This document shows, piece after piece, positions 44,500 through 54,856 of a stretch of 64,000 nucleotides of DNA. Origin of the DNA: an uncultured Pseudomonadota bacterium. Its GTDB lineage: Bacteria > Pseudomonadota > Gammaproteobacteria > Steroidobacterales > Steroidobacteraceae. The notes beneath the pieces were generated by a model that saw nothing but the letters and a program-made list of their open reading frames with translations, was not told where the DNA came from and did not search any database. The position numbers and the translations under genes were made by a program. Positions within the stretch are counted from its first letter, which is position 1; every line of letters starts with the position of its first letter. The stretch lies in the NCBI GenBank assembly GCA_963842515.1, contig CAWJGO010000005.1, positions 641,125-705,124 of the forward strand, written 5' to 3'.

Positions 44500-45114
44500 T
44501 CAGATTGGCAGGCCGTGCGAAGTGGCGGCCATGCACAGCAACATCGGGATGGAAAGGATGAAGTTGGCGCGCGAGGCATACAGGGCGACTTTGCGGGCTT
44601 TCGTTTTCTCTTCGTCCGTGGCGGGCACCATGCCGAGGATCTTCTTCTGGTTGCGCCAGATGAGAGCCCAGACATTGATCAACATGATGGTGCCGAGCCA
44701 GGCGCCGATGCCGATGACCACCGTCTGGTAGTCGTGCGCGCCGTTCGAGAAGCCGAACGTGAACGCGGGCAAGAAACGCTCATCGAGCAGCCAGGCGCCG
44801 GCAACCCAGGTGATGACGGCGGCCCAACGGAACCAGAACAAGCCGCGCGGCGCGACGTATTTGGTGATTCCGGCGCCCCCGGGTCCGCCCTTGTCGGCCG
44901 CGGCGTCGGCGAGCGCCGGAACCTGGACGGCATTGAAGTAATAGAGCAGGCCGATCCAGAACACACCGGCCACGATGTGGATCCAGCGCGCCAGCGCCAG
45001 ATGATTGAAAGGTGAATCCGGCGGCACCAGCGAGTGGTGCAGGACGACGGACAGCACCACCGCCAGGACGATTCCCGTGATCAGTGCATAGCGATGATTC
45101 GTGAGTATTTTCAT
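44500..45114 (-). CDS. Membrane protein resembling the N-terminal membrane domain of urate hydroxylase PuuD (no cytochrome c domain)
   Basis: Start at MKILTNHRYALITG. WIHIVAGVFWIGLLYYFNAVQVP...FRWAAVITWVAGAWLL. The function assignment is tentative. Confidence 0.65.
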   Translation of the reverse strand: MKILTNHRYALITGIVLAVVLSVVLHHSLVPPDSPFNHLALARWIHIVAGVFWIGLLYYFNAVQVPALADAAADKGGPGGAGITKYVAPRGLFWFRWAAVITWVAGAWLLDERFLPAFTFGFSNGAHDYQTVVIGIGAWLGTIMLINVWALIWRNQKKILGMVPATDEEKTKARKVALYASRANFILSIPMLLCMAATSHGLPI

Positions 45115-45182
45115 TGTCTTAATCTCCCCGGTGAGCGGTTTGAAGAATAGGGGACGAGCCCCCATAATTCAACGCGCTCCGC

Positions 45183-45695
45183 GTGGGCCGGACACTAATG
45201 ATTGAACGCCCGCCATCACCCTGCATCAAAGTCTGTGTACTGGTCGCCGGCGACCGCTGCGCGGGATGTTTACGCACGGTGGATGAAATCGCCGCGTGGC
45301 CGGCAATGAGCGCGGAAGCGCAATGGGCGCTCGTAGGAACGCTCGAGCAAAGGAGAATGAAAGTGGCAGAAGAAGTGGTTGATCGAATCAAGACCCATAT
45401 CGGCTCAGGACCCGCGGTCCTGTTCATGAAGGGCACGCCGGATTTTCCGCAGTGTGGGTTTTCGGCGCAGGTCGTCGCCGCGCTGCGCGCCTCGGAGGCC
45501 GGGTTCCAGGCCGTGAACATCTTCGAAGACCCGGAGCTGCGTGACGCACTCAAGAAGTTTTCGAACTGGCCTACCTACCCGCAGCTCTACGTGAACGGCG
45601 AGCTGGTTGGCGGCTGCGACATCGTGCTCGACCTGCATCGCAGCGGCGAGCTCAAGAAAATGCTGACGGAAGCTGGCGCGACGTCCCAGGCCTGA
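45183..45695 (+). CDS. grxD: DUF1289 (YdhL-like Cys-rich) segment in frame with monothiol glutaredoxin Grx4
   Basis: The N-terminus is SPCIKVCVLVAGDRCAGCLRTVDEIAAW (DUF1289). The C-terminus is VLFMKGTPDFPQCGFS...WPTYPQLYVNGELVGGCDI (CGFS Grx4). An internal AAGGAG at 45350-45355 precedes ATG 45357 and GTG 45363. Confidence 0.85.
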   Translation: MGRTLMIERPPSPCIKVCVLVAGDRCAGCLRTVDEIAAWPAMSAEAQWALVGTLEQRRMKVAEEVVDRIKTHIGSGPAVLFMKGTPDFPQCGFSAQVVAALRASEAGFQAVNIFEDPELRDALKKFSNWPTYPQLYVNGELVGGCDIVLDLHRSGELKKMLTEAGATSQA

Positions 45696-45745
45696 CGGCC
45701 ACATCGGAGAACGCCGCACCTTTTCGAAAGCAGGGGCGTCGTCCA

Positions 45746-46459
45746 TCAGATTTCTGGAGTGCCTACCTCGGCCGGTGCGACGCCCCACAGCGCCTGCGCA
45801 CGCACGTCTGCCTTGCGCCAAGCGCCATCGAGCGCGTTGCACACCTCGCAGAAGATGTCGGCCGTGCGCTCGGCGTCGTACCTGGCCGAATGCGCCTCGC
45901 TCGAATCCCAATTGAGCCCACACACCTGCGTTGCTTTCGCGAGCACGGTCTGACCGAACGCCGCGCCGGCAAGCGTGGCCGTATCGAAGCATGAGAAGGG
46001 ATGAAACGGATTGCGCTTGATCTCCGCGCGGGCCACCGCGGCGTTGAGAAAGCCCAGGTCGAAGGCGGCGTTGTGCCCCACCAGCACGGCGCGACGGCAA
46101 TCGTGCGTCTTCATCGCCGTGCGAACTTCGGTGAAGATGCGTCCGAGCGCATCTTTCTCCGGCAATGCCGGCCGCAGCGGATGAAAGGGGTCGATGCCGT
46201 TCACGGCGAGTGACGCCGCTTCGAGGTTGGCGCCCTCGAAAGGCCGCACATGGTAGGAATGCGACGTGCCACGTTGCAGGCGCCCGTCCTGGCCAAATTC
46301 GATCATGACCGCGGCGATTTCGAGCAGCGCGTCCGTGGCGCAGTTGAAGCCGCCGGTCTCCACGTCGATGACCACGGGCAGGAACTGCCGGAACCGTCTG
46401 CTCATGAGTGGCGGCCCCGTGAATGCGGCGCCGCTGGCCGGTGGCACGATCTCGTCCAT
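45746..46459 (-). CDS. rnt: Ribonuclease T
   Basis: DEDDh motifs are [23 protein letters not shown] and [11 protein letters not shown]. The start may be the internal ATG at 46405 ([16 protein letters not shown]). Confidence 0.9.
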   Translation of the reverse strand: MDEIVPPASGAAFTGPPLMSRRFRQFLPVVIDVETGGFNCATDALLEIAAVMIEFGQDGRLQRGTSHSYHVRPFEGANLEAASLAVNGIDPFHPLRPALPEKDALGRIFTEVRTAMKTHDCRRAVLVGHNAAFDLGFLNAAVARAEIKRNPFHPFSCFDTATLAGAAFGQTVLAKATQVCGLNWDSSEAHSARYDAERTADIFCEVCNALDGAWRKADVRAQALWGVAPAEVGTPEI

Positions 46460-47574
46460 CAGGCTACCAGCTGCCAGTCGATGGCTTCATCGGCGCGCAT
46501 CGGCACGAGTTTCCCGTCGTTGGCGCTCGTTCCCAGTGGATAGTCAGATGGCGGACGCCATTCCCTGCGGGCGAGACGGATGCGTTCGGCATTGCGCGGC
46601 AGCCCATAGAAGTCCGCGCCGAAATCGGCGGCGAACCCTTCGAGCTTGTCGATCTTGCCCACCGAGTCGAAAGCTTCCGCATACAGCTCGATGCCTGCAT
46701 GCGCGGAGAACATGCCGGCGCAACCACAGGCATTCTCCTTGGTGTGCTGCGCATGCGGCGCGCTGTCGGTACCGAGGAAGAACCGCGGGTTGCCACTGGT
46801 GGCAGCTGCGAGCAGCGCGGCCCGATCCGGCTCGGTCTTGAGAATGGGCAGACAGTAGTAGTGCGGGCGAATGCCACCCTCGAAGATGGCGTTGCGGTTG
46901 TGGAGCAGATGCTGGGGAGTGATCGTGGCGGCCACGCCGTCACGCGCGCTCTTGACGAACTCGGCCGCGCGCGCTGTGGTGATGTGCTCGAACACCACGC
47001 GCAGGCGCGGAAATCGCGCCAGCGTGGGCGCCAGCACTTCATCGATGAAACGCGATTCGCGTTCGAAGACATCGATGGCGCGCCCCGTCACCTCGCCATG
47101 CACCAAAAGGGGCATTCCGGCTTCGCTCATGCGCGCGAGCACGTCGTCGATGCGGCGGATGTCGGTGACCCCGGAATCGGAATTGGTGGTCGCGCCCGCC
47201 GGATAAAGCTTACAAGCCTTCACCCACTGAACTTTCAGCGCCTTCTCGATCTCTGAAGGTTCAGTCCGGTCGGTGAGATACAACGTCATCAATGGCGAGA
47301 AATTCGCGCCAGCGGGCAACGCAGCCAATATCCGTTCGCGATACTCGATTGCGGCGGCCGCGGTGGTCACCGGCGGCTTCAGGTTCGGCATTACGATGGC
47401 GCGCGCGAAGCGCGCGGCAGTGAATGGCAGGACGGCGGCCATGACCGCGCCGTCGCGCAAGTGCAGGTGCCAGTCATCGGGGCGGCGAATTTCGATTTGC
47501 ACTGGTAGTGGGATGCGCAAAACGCGCCGTAAGCTGCTGTGCGGATTGAGGTTTGCTTGACCGGAGAGCCTCAA
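46459..47574 (-). CDS. pyrC: Dihydroorotase, class II (homodimeric type)
   Basis: [13 protein letters not shown]...[13 protein letters not shown]. The maximal ORF starts with TTG. The N-terminal ~20 codons use rare codons, so the true start is probably near 47520. Confidence 0.9.
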   Translation of the reverse strand: MRLSGQANLNPHSSLRRVLRIPLPVQIEIRRPDDWHLHLRDGAVMAAVLPFTAARFARAIVMPNLKPPVTTAAAAIEYRERILAALPAGANFSPLMTLYLTDRTEPSEIEKALKVQWVKACKLYPAGATTNSDSGVTDIRRIDDVLARMSEAGMPLLVHGEVTGRAIDVFERESRFIDEVLAPTLARFPRLRVVFEHITTARAAEFVKSARDGVAATITPQHLLHNRNAIFEGGIRPHYYCLPILKTEPDRAALLAAATSGNPRFFLGTDSAPHAQHTKENACGCAGMFSAHAGIELYAEAFDSVGKIDKLEGFAADFGADFYGLPRNAERIRLARREWRPPSDYPLGTSANDGKLVPMRADEAIDWQLVA

Positions 47575-47691
47575 GAAACGATCATATCGCGCCTTGTTTT
47601 CCCCGCCCCCTCACCTCATTTTCAACGCGGCGCATGCTAACACAGCACGCATCGCTTTCTTTGCTTGCCGACGCTACGGCTTTGGATGTGT

Positions 47692-50355
47692 ATGACGGAA
47701 ATCATGAAGCTCGAAGATCTCGATCCGACCGAGACACGCGAGTGGATCGAATCGATTGACTCGGTTCTCAAGACGCAGGGCGCGGAACGCGCGCACTACC
47801 TGCTCGAGCAGCTGATCGACTTCACGCGCCGTTCCGGCGCGTATCTGCCGTTCCGTCCGAACACCGCGTACGTCAACACCATCGCGACGGGACACGAACC
47901 CAGTTACCCCGGCAATCGCGAACTGGAAAAACGCATCGAGGCCTACATCCGCTGGAACGCGCTGGCCATGGTGCTGAACGCTAACAAGGTGTCGAGCGAA
48001 TACGGTGGCCACATCTCCACCTACGCGTCCTCGGCGACGCTCTACGAAGTCGGTTTCAACCATTTCTGGCGCGCGCAGTCGGAAGCGCATCCCGGCGACA
48101 TGGTGTACGTGCAGGGTCATTCCTCGCCGGGCATCTACGGTCGCGCGTTCCTCGAAGGGCGCCTGTCGGGAGACCAGCTGAAGCATTTCCGCCAGGAAGT
48201 CGGCGGCAATGGTCTCTCTTCGTATCCGCACCCGTGGCTCATGCCCAACTTCTGGCAGTTCCCGACGGTGTCGATGGGCTTAGGGCCCATGATGGCTATC
48301 TACCAGGCGCGCTTCCAGCGCTACATGGAAAATCGCGGCATGGTGCCGGAGTCGGATCGCAAGATCTGGGCCTTCCTCGGCGACGGTGAGATGGATGAGC
48401 CCGAATCGATGGGTGCGCTCACGCTGCCGGTGCGCGAGAAACTCGACAACCTGGTGTTCGTCGTCAACTGCAACCTGCAGCGTCTCGACGGCCCGGTACG
48501 CGGCAACGGCAAGATCATCCAGGAGCTCGAGGCCGCGTTCATGGGCGCGGGCTGGAACGTCATCAAGGTGGTCTGGGGATCGCGTTGGGACCCGCTGCTG
48601 GCGCGCGACACGCAGGGCCTTCTGCGCCGGGTGATGGAAGAGTGCGTCGACGGCGAGTATCAGAACTTCAAGGCCAAGGGCGGCGCCTACACTCGCGAGA
48701 ATTTCTTCGGCAAGTATCCAGAGCTCAAGGAAATGGTCGCCAACATGTCGGATGACGACATCTGGCGCTTGAACCGCGGCGGGCACGACGCGCAGAAGGT
48801 GTTCGCAGCCTACGCGGCGGCGTCGGCGCACAAGGGTCAGCCGACGGTCATTCTGGCCAAGACGGTCAAGGGTTATGGCCTCGGCAAAGCGGCCGAAGGC
48901 CAGATGGTCGCGCACCAGCAGAAGAAGATCGACGAGGCGGGCCTCAAGGACTTCCGCGATCGCTTCAACATTCCGTTGTCCGACGAACAGGTGGCGAAGC
49001 TCGCGCTGGTGAAGCCTGGCGACGACAGCCCGGAGATGAAATACCTGCACGAGCAGCGCAAGGCGCTCGGTGGCTATCTACCGGCTCGCAAGAATGCGGC
49101 CAAGCCGCTGGTGATACCCGAGCTCTCGGCATTCAGCGCCATGCTCGAGGGTACCGGCGACCGCGAGATCTCCACGACCATGGCATTCGTGCGCATTCTC
49201 ACGCAGTTGCTCAAGGACAAGACCATCGGCAAGAACATCGTGCCCATCGTCCCCGACGAGGCACGCACGTTCGGCATGGAAGGATTGTTCCGCCAGATCG
49301 GCATTTACAGCTCGGCGGGGCAGCTCTACACGCCGGTCGATTCCGATCAGCTCATGTCCTACAAAGAGGACAAGAAGGGCCAGATGCTCGAAGAGGGCAT
49401 CAACGAAGCCGGCTCGACCTGCTCGTGGATCGCCGCAGGCACTGCCTATGCGAACCAGGGCATCCACATGGTGCCGTTCTACATCTACTACTCGATGTTC
49501 GGCTTCCAGCGCGTCGGCGACTTCTTCTGGGCGGCGGGCGATCTGCGCACGCGCGGTTTCCTGTTAGGCGCCACCGCCGGACGCACCACGCTCGCCGGCG
49601 AAGGGTTGCAGCACCAGGACGGTCACAGCCTGCTGCACGCCGCCACGGTGCCGAACTGCGTGGCGTACGACCCGACCTATGCATATGAGCTCGCCGTGAT
49701 CATCCACGACGGCATGAAGCGCATGTTCGCCAACGATGAGAGCGTCTTCTTTTATATCGCGGTGATGAACGAGAACTACGTCCAGCCGGCGTTACCAAAA
49801 GGGGTCGAGGAAGGCATCCTCAAGGGTATGTACCTGCTCAACGTGGGCGGAGCCGGCAAGGTGCGCGTCACCTTGATGGGGTCGGGCACCATCCTGCGCG
49901 AGTGCATCGGCGCCGCGGAAATCCTGGCGCGTGAATTCAACATTCCGTCGGACATCTACTCCGCGCCGAGTTTTTCGGAGCTGCGGCGTGAGGCACTCGA
50001 AGTGGAACGCTGGAACCGGCTGCATCCGGGGGAAACGCCCAAGGTGCCGTACGTCACCCAGGCGTTGTCGAAAGCGGTGGGGCCGTTCATCGCCGCCACC
50101 GACTACATGCGCGCATGGCCGGACATGATCCGTCAGTGGGTGCCTGGCCGTTTCGTCACGCTCGGCACCGATGGCTTCGGCCGTTCGGATGCGCGCGCGG
50201 CGCTGCGCAAGCATTTCGAAGTGGACGCGAAGAACATCGCCTATGCGTCATTGCAGGCACTGGCCGAAGAAGGCGCCATCGACAAGGGCACTCTCAAGGC
50301 GGCACTCGCCAAGCTCGGGCTCGACGCCAACAAACCGGATCCGCAGCACGCATGA
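47692..50355 (+). CDS. aceE: Pyruvate dehydrogenase E1 component (homodimeric type)
   Basis: MTEIMKLEDLDPTETREWIESIDSV parallels the E. coli AceE N-terminus. GDGEMDEPES is the ThDP motif. An alternative ATG is at 47704. Confidence 0.95.
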   Translation: MTEIMKLEDLDPTETREWIESIDSVLKTQGAERAHYLLEQLIDFTRRSGAYLPFRPNTAYVNTIATGHEPSYPGNRELEKRIEAYIRWNALAMVLNANKVSSEYGGHISTYASSATLYEVGFNHFWRAQSEAHPGDMVYVQGHSSPGIYGRAFLEGRLSGDQLKHFRQEVGGNGLSSYPHPWLMPNFWQFPTVSMGLGPMMAIYQARFQRYMENRGMVPESDRKIWAFLGDGEMDEPESMGALTLPVREKLDNLVFVVNCNLQRLDGPVRGNGKIIQELEAAFMGAGWNVIKVVWGSRWDPLLARDTQGLLRRVMEECVDGEYQNFKAKGGAYTRENFFGKYPELKEMVANMSDDDIWRLNRGGHDAQKVFAAYAAASAHKGQPTVILAKTVKGYGLGKAAEGQMVAHQQKKIDEAGLKDFRDRFNIPLSDEQVAKLALVKPGDDSPEMKYLHEQRKALGGYLPARKNAAKPLVIPELSAFSAMLEGTGDREISTTMAFVRILTQLLKDKTIGKNIVPIVPDEARTFGMEGLFRQIGIYSSAGQLYTPVDSDQLMSYKEDKKGQMLEEGINEAGSTCSWIAAGTAYANQGIHMVPFYIYYSMFGFQRVGDFFWAAGDLRTRGFLLGATAGRTTLAGEGLQHQDGHSLLHAATVPNCVAYDPTYAYELAVIIHDGMKRMFANDESVFFYIAVMNENYVQPALPKGVEEGILKGMYLLNVGGAGKVRVTLMGSGTILRECIGAAEILAREFNIPSDIYSAPSFSELRREALEVERWNRLHPGETPKVPYVTQALSKAVGPFIAATDYMRAWPDMIRQWVPGRFVTLGTDGFGRSDARAALRKHFEVDAKNIAYASLQALAEEGAIDKGTLKAALAKLGLDANKPDPQHA

Positions 50356-51662
50356 GCAGTCTCATCGAAGTACGCGTCCCCGACATGGGGAATTTCGACT
50401 CGGTCGCGGTCATCGACGTGTTGGTCAAAGTGGGCGACTCCATCGACATCGACACGCCGTTGGTCACGCTCGAAACGGACAAGGCAACCATGGACGTGCC
50501 TTCGACCGCCAAGGGCGTCGTCGAGAAGGTGCACGTCGAGAAGGGCGGAAACTTGTCGCCTGGTGCGCTGGTGGTCACGGTGAAGGGCGAAGCTGCCGCG
50601 GCCGCCGCCTCGCCAGCGAAGCCCGCGCCGGCGTCCGCGCCCAATAAACCCGCCGTCGCGGCGCCGCCGCGCCCGGCGGCGCCCCAGGCGGTGGCGCAGG
50701 CAATTGCACCGGCACGCGGCACGCTGCCGGCCATCGACGAAGCCAGTTTCGGCGCCGCGCATGCCAGTCCATCGGTGCGCAAGTTCGCGCGTGAGCTCGG
50801 CGTGAATCTCGGCAGCGTACGGGGCAGCGGCGAGAAGGGCCGCATCCTGCTCGATGACGTCAAGGCTTTCGTGAAGATGGTGATGGCGGGCGGAATGCCG
50901 ATGGCGCCTGCCGCGCCGGCGCTGCCCAAGGCGCACAACTACGATCCGTCGGCGTACGGCGAGATCGAGGTGCGGCCGCTCAATCGTGTGCAGAAGATCT
51001 CGGGGCCGCGCCTGCAGGGGGCGTGGATCAACATTCCGCACGTCACGCAGTTCGACGAATCGGACATCACCGATCTCGAGCAGATCCGCGGCTCGCTGAA
51101 GGAGAAGGCCGCGGCGGCCGGTGTCAAGGTCACGCCGCTGGCTTTCATCATCCAGGCCGCGGTGCGCGCCATGCGCGAGTTCCCGATGCTCAACAGCCAG
51201 CTCGACGAAGCCGGGCAAAACCTGATCTACAAGAAATTCATCAACGTGGGGTTCGCGGCCGATACGCCGAATGGCCTGCTCGTGCCGGTCATCAAGGGCG
51301 CCGACAAGCTGGACGTGTTCGCCATCGCCAAGGCACTCGGCGAACTCAGCGCGAAGGCTCGCGAGGGCAAACTACCGGGCGCCGACATGCAGGGTGCCGG
51401 GTTCACGATCTCGAGCCTGGGTGGCATCGGCGGCACGATGTTCACGCCAATCATCAATTCGCCGGAGGTGGCGATTCTCGGCGTTTCCAGGTCGGTGATG
51501 AAGCCGGTCTGGAACGGCAAGGAATTCACGCCGCGCCTCATGCTGCCGCTGTCATTTTCCTACGATCACCGCGTCATCGATGGCGCGCTTGGCGCGCGCA
51601 TCGCCAAGTTCCTTGCCGACACACTCGCCAAGCCGAAAGATCTGCTCGGGGCCATGTCGTGA
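50352..51662 (+). CDS. aceF: Dihydrolipoyllysine-residue acetyltransferase (PDH E2), single lipoyl domain
   Basis: The ATG overlaps the aceE stop (ATGA). Lipoyl motif is [16 protein letters not shown] is [23 protein letters not shown], and the catalytic motif is [12 protein letters not shown]. Confidence 0.95.
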   Translation: MSSLIEVRVPDMGNFDSVAVIDVLVKVGDSIDIDTPLVTLETDKATMDVPSTAKGVVEKVHVEKGGNLSPGALVVTVKGEAAAAAASPAKPAPASAPNKPAVAAPPRPAAPQAVAQAIAPARGTLPAIDEASFGAAHASPSVRKFARELGVNLGSVRGSGEKGRILLDDVKAFVKMVMAGGMPMAPAAPALPKAHNYDPSAYGEIEVRPLNRVQKISGPRLQGAWINIPHVTQFDESDITDLEQIRGSLKEKAAAAGVKVTPLAFIIQAAVRAMREFPMLNSQLDEAGQNLIYKKFINVGFAADTPNGLLVPVIKGADKLDVFAIAKALGELSAKAREGKLPGADMQGAGFTISSLGGIGGTMFTPIINSPEVAILGVSRSVMKPVWNGKEFTPRLMLPLSFSYDHRVIDGALGARIAKFLADTLAKPKDLLGAMS

Positions 51663-53470
51663 GCAAGATCGACCTTACGGTTCCGGATCTCGGCAACTTC
51701 GACGAAGTCGCTGTCGTCGATGTACTGGTCAAGGTGGGCGACAAGATCGAAGTGGAGACGCCGCTCGTCACGCTCGAAACCGACAAGGCCACCATGGATG
51801 TGCCGTCCACCGCGGCGGGCACCGTGATCGAGGTGCTGGTCCAGAAGGGCGGCAAGATCGGCAAGGGTGGATTGATCGCGCGCATTGAAGGCGAAGCTCC
51901 TGCGGCGAAACCCGCCGCTGCCGCCCCCGCCAAGGCGCCAGCGCCGCCAGCTCAGAAGTCCGGGCCCGCCGCCCCGGCGCCGCAGGCGGCACCTGCCGCC
52001 CGCGCGCAGCCCGCGCCTGTACCCAAGCCATCGAAGCCGCTCAAGCCCGATGTGCCGCACGATCGCGAGACCCAACTGCTGGTGCTGGGGGCTGGCCCCG
52101 GCGGTTACACCGCAGCATTCCGCGCTGCCGACTTGGGTCTCAAGGTCACGCTGGTCGAGCGCTGGCCCATGCTCGGCGGCGTTTGCCTCAACGTCGGCTG
52201 CATTCCTTCGAAGGCGCTGTTGCACGCCGCCAAGGTCATCGACGAAGTCGGCGACATGCGCGGTCATGGCATCGACTTCGGCGCTCCCAAGATCGACTTG
52301 CCCAAGCTGCTCGAGTGGAAGGGCAGCGTGGTGGGCAAACTCGTCAAAGGCCTGTCGGTGCTCGCCAAGCAGCGCAAGGTCGAAGTGGTACAGGGCACTG
52401 GCACATTTGCCAGCCCGCACGTGATGCAAGTGACGGGTGTGGACGGCAATGTCGAAAAGATCCGCTTCGAGCAATGCATCATTGCCGCGGGCTCGGAAGC
52501 CATCAAACTACCCTTCATTCCCGACGATCCTCGCGTCATCGACTCCACCGGAGCGCTCGAGCTCGCCGGGGTGCCGAGCAGACTGCTGGTCATCGGCGGC
52601 GGCATCATTGGTCTGGAGATGGCCACCGTGTATGCGTCCCTCGGGGCGAAGTTGTCGGTGGTCGAGTTGACCGGGCAGCTCATGCCGGGCGCCGACCTGG
52701 ATCTCGTCAAACCGCTCGAGAAACGCCTCCGCGCACGCTATGAGCAGATTTTGCTCAATACCAAGGTCACGGGCTGCACCGCCAGCAAGGAGGGCCTTGC
52801 GGTGGAATTCGAAGACGCATCCGGCAGACGCACCGATGTCTTCGATCGAGTGCTGGTGGCCGTGGGCCGCAGCGCCAACGGCAGCCGCCTGAACCTCGAG
52901 GCGGCGGACATCGAGGTGAGCGAGCGCGGAATCATCGCGGTGGACAAACAGATGCGCACCAACCTGCCGCACGTATTCGCCATCGGCGATCTGGTGCCCG
53001 GTCCGATGCTGGCCCACAAGGCGATGCACGAGGCCAAGGTTGCGGCTGAAGTGGCCGCCGGACAAAAGAGCTACTTCGACGCGCGCGTCATTCCGTCGGT
53101 CGCCTACACCGATCCGGAAGTGGCCTGGGTCGGCCTCACCGAGACCGATGCGAAGAAGAACGGTACTGCTTACAGGAAAGGCCAGTTCCCCTGGATGGCA
53201 AGCGGCCGGTCGCTGGCGCTGGGCCGCGACGAAGGCTTCACCAAACTACTGTTCGATCCGACCACACACCGCGTGCTCGGTGGCGGCATGGTGGGTCCGA
53301 ACGCCGGCGAGCTGGTTGCCGAGGTGGCTCTCGCCATCGAGATGGGTGCGGACGCCACGGACATCGGGCTCACGATCCACCCGCATCCGACCCTCTCGGA
53401 GACGGTCGGGTTGTCGGCCGAGGCGTTCGAGGGAACGCTGACCGACCTCTACATACCAAAAAGAGCTTAA
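51659..53470 (+). CDS. lpdA: Dihydrolipoyl dehydrogenase (E3) with an N-terminal lipoyl domain
   Basis: The GTG overlaps the aceF stop (GTGA). Lipoyl motif is [12 protein letters not shown], followed by an Ala/Pro linker. [27 protein letters not shown] and HPHPTLSE follow. Confidence 0.95.
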   Translation: MSKIDLTVPDLGNFDEVAVVDVLVKVGDKIEVETPLVTLETDKATMDVPSTAAGTVIEVLVQKGGKIGKGGLIARIEGEAPAAKPAAAAPAKAPAPPAQKSGPAAPAPQAAPAARAQPAPVPKPSKPLKPDVPHDRETQLLVLGAGPGGYTAAFRAADLGLKVTLVERWPMLGGVCLNVGCIPSKALLHAAKVIDEVGDMRGHGIDFGAPKIDLPKLLEWKGSVVGKLVKGLSVLAKQRKVEVVQGTGTFASPHVMQVTGVDGNVEKIRFEQCIIAAGSEAIKLPFIPDDPRVIDSTGALELAGVPSRLLVIGGGIIGLEMATVYASLGAKLSVVELTGQLMPGADLDLVKPLEKRLRARYEQILLNTKVTGCTASKEGLAVEFEDASGRRTDVFDRVLVAVGRSANGSRLNLEAADIEVSERGIIAVDKQMRTNLPHVFAIGDLVPGPMLAHKAMHEAKVAAEVAAGQKSYFDARVIPSVAYTDPEVAWVGLTETDAKKNGTAYRKGQFPWMASGRSLALGRDEGFTKLLFDPTTHRVLGGGMVGPNAGELVAEVALAIEMGADATDIGLTIHPHPTLSETVGLSAEAFEGTLTDLYIPKRA

Positions 53471-53491
53471 GACGTCCTTGGCCACTCACGG

Positions 53492-53516
53492 ACGGCGCCG
53501 CTTCGGCGCCGTTTTC
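53492..53516 (+). terminator. Rho-independent terminator after lpdA (between convergent genes)
   Basis: ACGGCGCCG-CTT-CGGCGCCGT (9-bp stem) is followed by TTTTCC, 22 nt after the lpdA stop. Confidence 0.8.
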
Positions 53517-53535
53517 CATCGTGGCGCGAGAGCGC

Positions 53536-54291
53536 CTAAAGAGAATGGGCGGCGGGCGTCGCGGCCGTGAGCTCCGCCGCGGGATCGCCGCCAAACGCGT
53601 ATTCGACGATCACGCGCACGGCGAGCGTGTCGTCGACGCTCCAGTTCGACACCTCCAGGCACACCGAACGCTGATCGGCGCTGACCGGATACTCCGCCGG
53701 CGCGGCGGCAATGCGCAGGCTGCCGAGCGTGGGCGCTCCCGCGTCACGCTCGAGCCAGGGCGATTCACTTTTCGGCACGCGGGCCAGAACGCGGACGTTG
53801 GTGGCGTGTGCCGCCGATGGAATCGACGCACACAGCGCGATGGGTGGCGCGACGCGTTCGGTGCAGGAAACGGGGCCTACTTCATCAGCCTCGGTATTGA
53901 TCCTGCAGGGCGGCAGGTGCGCCAGCGATTCGGCGGCTCCACCTTCGGCATTGCTCGCCGGGATAGCCGCCGCGGACGGGTCCGGGGGATTGGTGGCATC
54001 GGTGGGGTTCTGCCGGGCGGCGAGCGCCGCGAACTGCTTGGTGAACTCCGCTTCCATGGTCGCCTTGAGATCGTCCTTGGCGCTGACGGCGCGCAGCGAC
54101 GACCAGGCGTATCCACCGACGATGCAGCCGATCATCAACGCGACGGTGGCGAGTACCGAGCGCATGCGATTTTTCTTCGGCTTCGGCCGGCCATCGCTCG
54201 GCGCGCGATTGCGCACCAGCTGGACGATGGCCGTCAGCATGGTCGCGAGCGCGCCGATGATGGCGGCGACGATGGTTTCTGAAATGCTCAT
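53536..54291 (-). CDS. Hypothetical membrane-anchored protein
   Basis: There are two N-terminal TM segments (IVAAIIGALATMLTAIVQLV; SVLATVALMIGCIVGGYAW) and a ~170-aa extracytoplasmic domain with Cys residues. I recognise no family. Confidence 0.6.
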   Translation of the reverse strand: MSISETIVAAIIGALATMLTAIVQLVRNRAPSDGRPKPKKNRMRSVLATVALMIGCIVGGYAWSSLRAVSAKDDLKATMEAEFTKQFAALAARQNPTDATNPPDPSAAAIPASNAEGGAAESLAHLPPCRINTEADEVGPVSCTERVAPPIALCASIPSAAHATNVRVLARVPKSESPWLERDAGAPTLGSLRIAAAPAEYPVSADQRSVCLEVSNWSVDDTLAVRVIVEYAFGGDPAAELTAATPAAHSL

Positions 54292-54427
54292 CCCTGCACC
54301 TCAAACAAGCTGGTCGGAAGCCCGATGAGTCTAGTCCGGGCTCCTCGCGCGGCAGCGCGGGGGCGTTCCGAGGTGGGTACTGGGTCACACTTCGGCGGAA
54401 GTGAACGAAGGCCTCGAAGGCGTTGCG

Positions 54428-54856
54428 TCAGCCGAGGCTCCGCAGGCGCTCCAGGTAGATGTTTTCGTCCGGCGCCTGGTTCGAGCGCTGAGCCTCCCAG
54501 AGCTGCTCGGCAAGCACTTCCAGCATGCGATGCTCGGCCTCGTGCGCGCCGCCTGCGGACACCGACAACTTCGCGTGAAGCTCGGCGATGCCGGCCGGCC
54601 GGTTGGTGGCAACCTGCTCGCGGATCGCCAGATGCAGGCCCATGTGCAGCCAGGGGTTCAGCTGGCCGCTGCGGGGGGAGTAGTTAGCGAGGTCGGCGGC
54701 CGCGGATTCCAGGATGACGTGGTATTCGGGGTGCTCGGAAATCACCGCCACCACCTGCTTGTCGAGCGGCGACAGCGTGTGCTGGTGCTTGAATCTGTGC
54801 CACGCCGCGCGATATGCCTCGCGCAGCTGGTCGCGGGACTGGCCGGCGAATATCAC
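54428..54856 (-). CDS. DUF1841 family protein
   Basis: GTG start (V)[18 protein letters not shown] overlaps the nth stop (GTGA). NPWLHMGLHLAIREQ is present. Confidence 0.8.
   Translation of the reverse strand: MIFAGQSRDQLREAYRAAWHRFKHQHTLSPLDKQVVAVISEHPEYHVILESAAADLANYSPRSGQLNPWLHMGLHLAIREQVATNRPAGIAELHAKLSVSAGGAHEAEHRMLEVLAEQLWEAQRSNQAPDENIYLERLRSLG

Noticed and set aside
3779-49568. Recurrent heptamer TGTTAGG/CCTAACA, placing the rare Leu codon TTA in a Leu-Leu-Gly context. By eye I found 10 copies: 3779, 8415, 19193, 20710, 23835, 31149, 34297, 34999, 37142 and 49562.
   Set aside because: A rough base-composition expectation is about 4 copies on both strands, so the enrichment is only ~2-fold. 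It may simply reflect a common LLG tripeptide plus mutational context. A genome-wide k-mer/codon-context test would be needed before calling it a motif such as a methylation or repair site.
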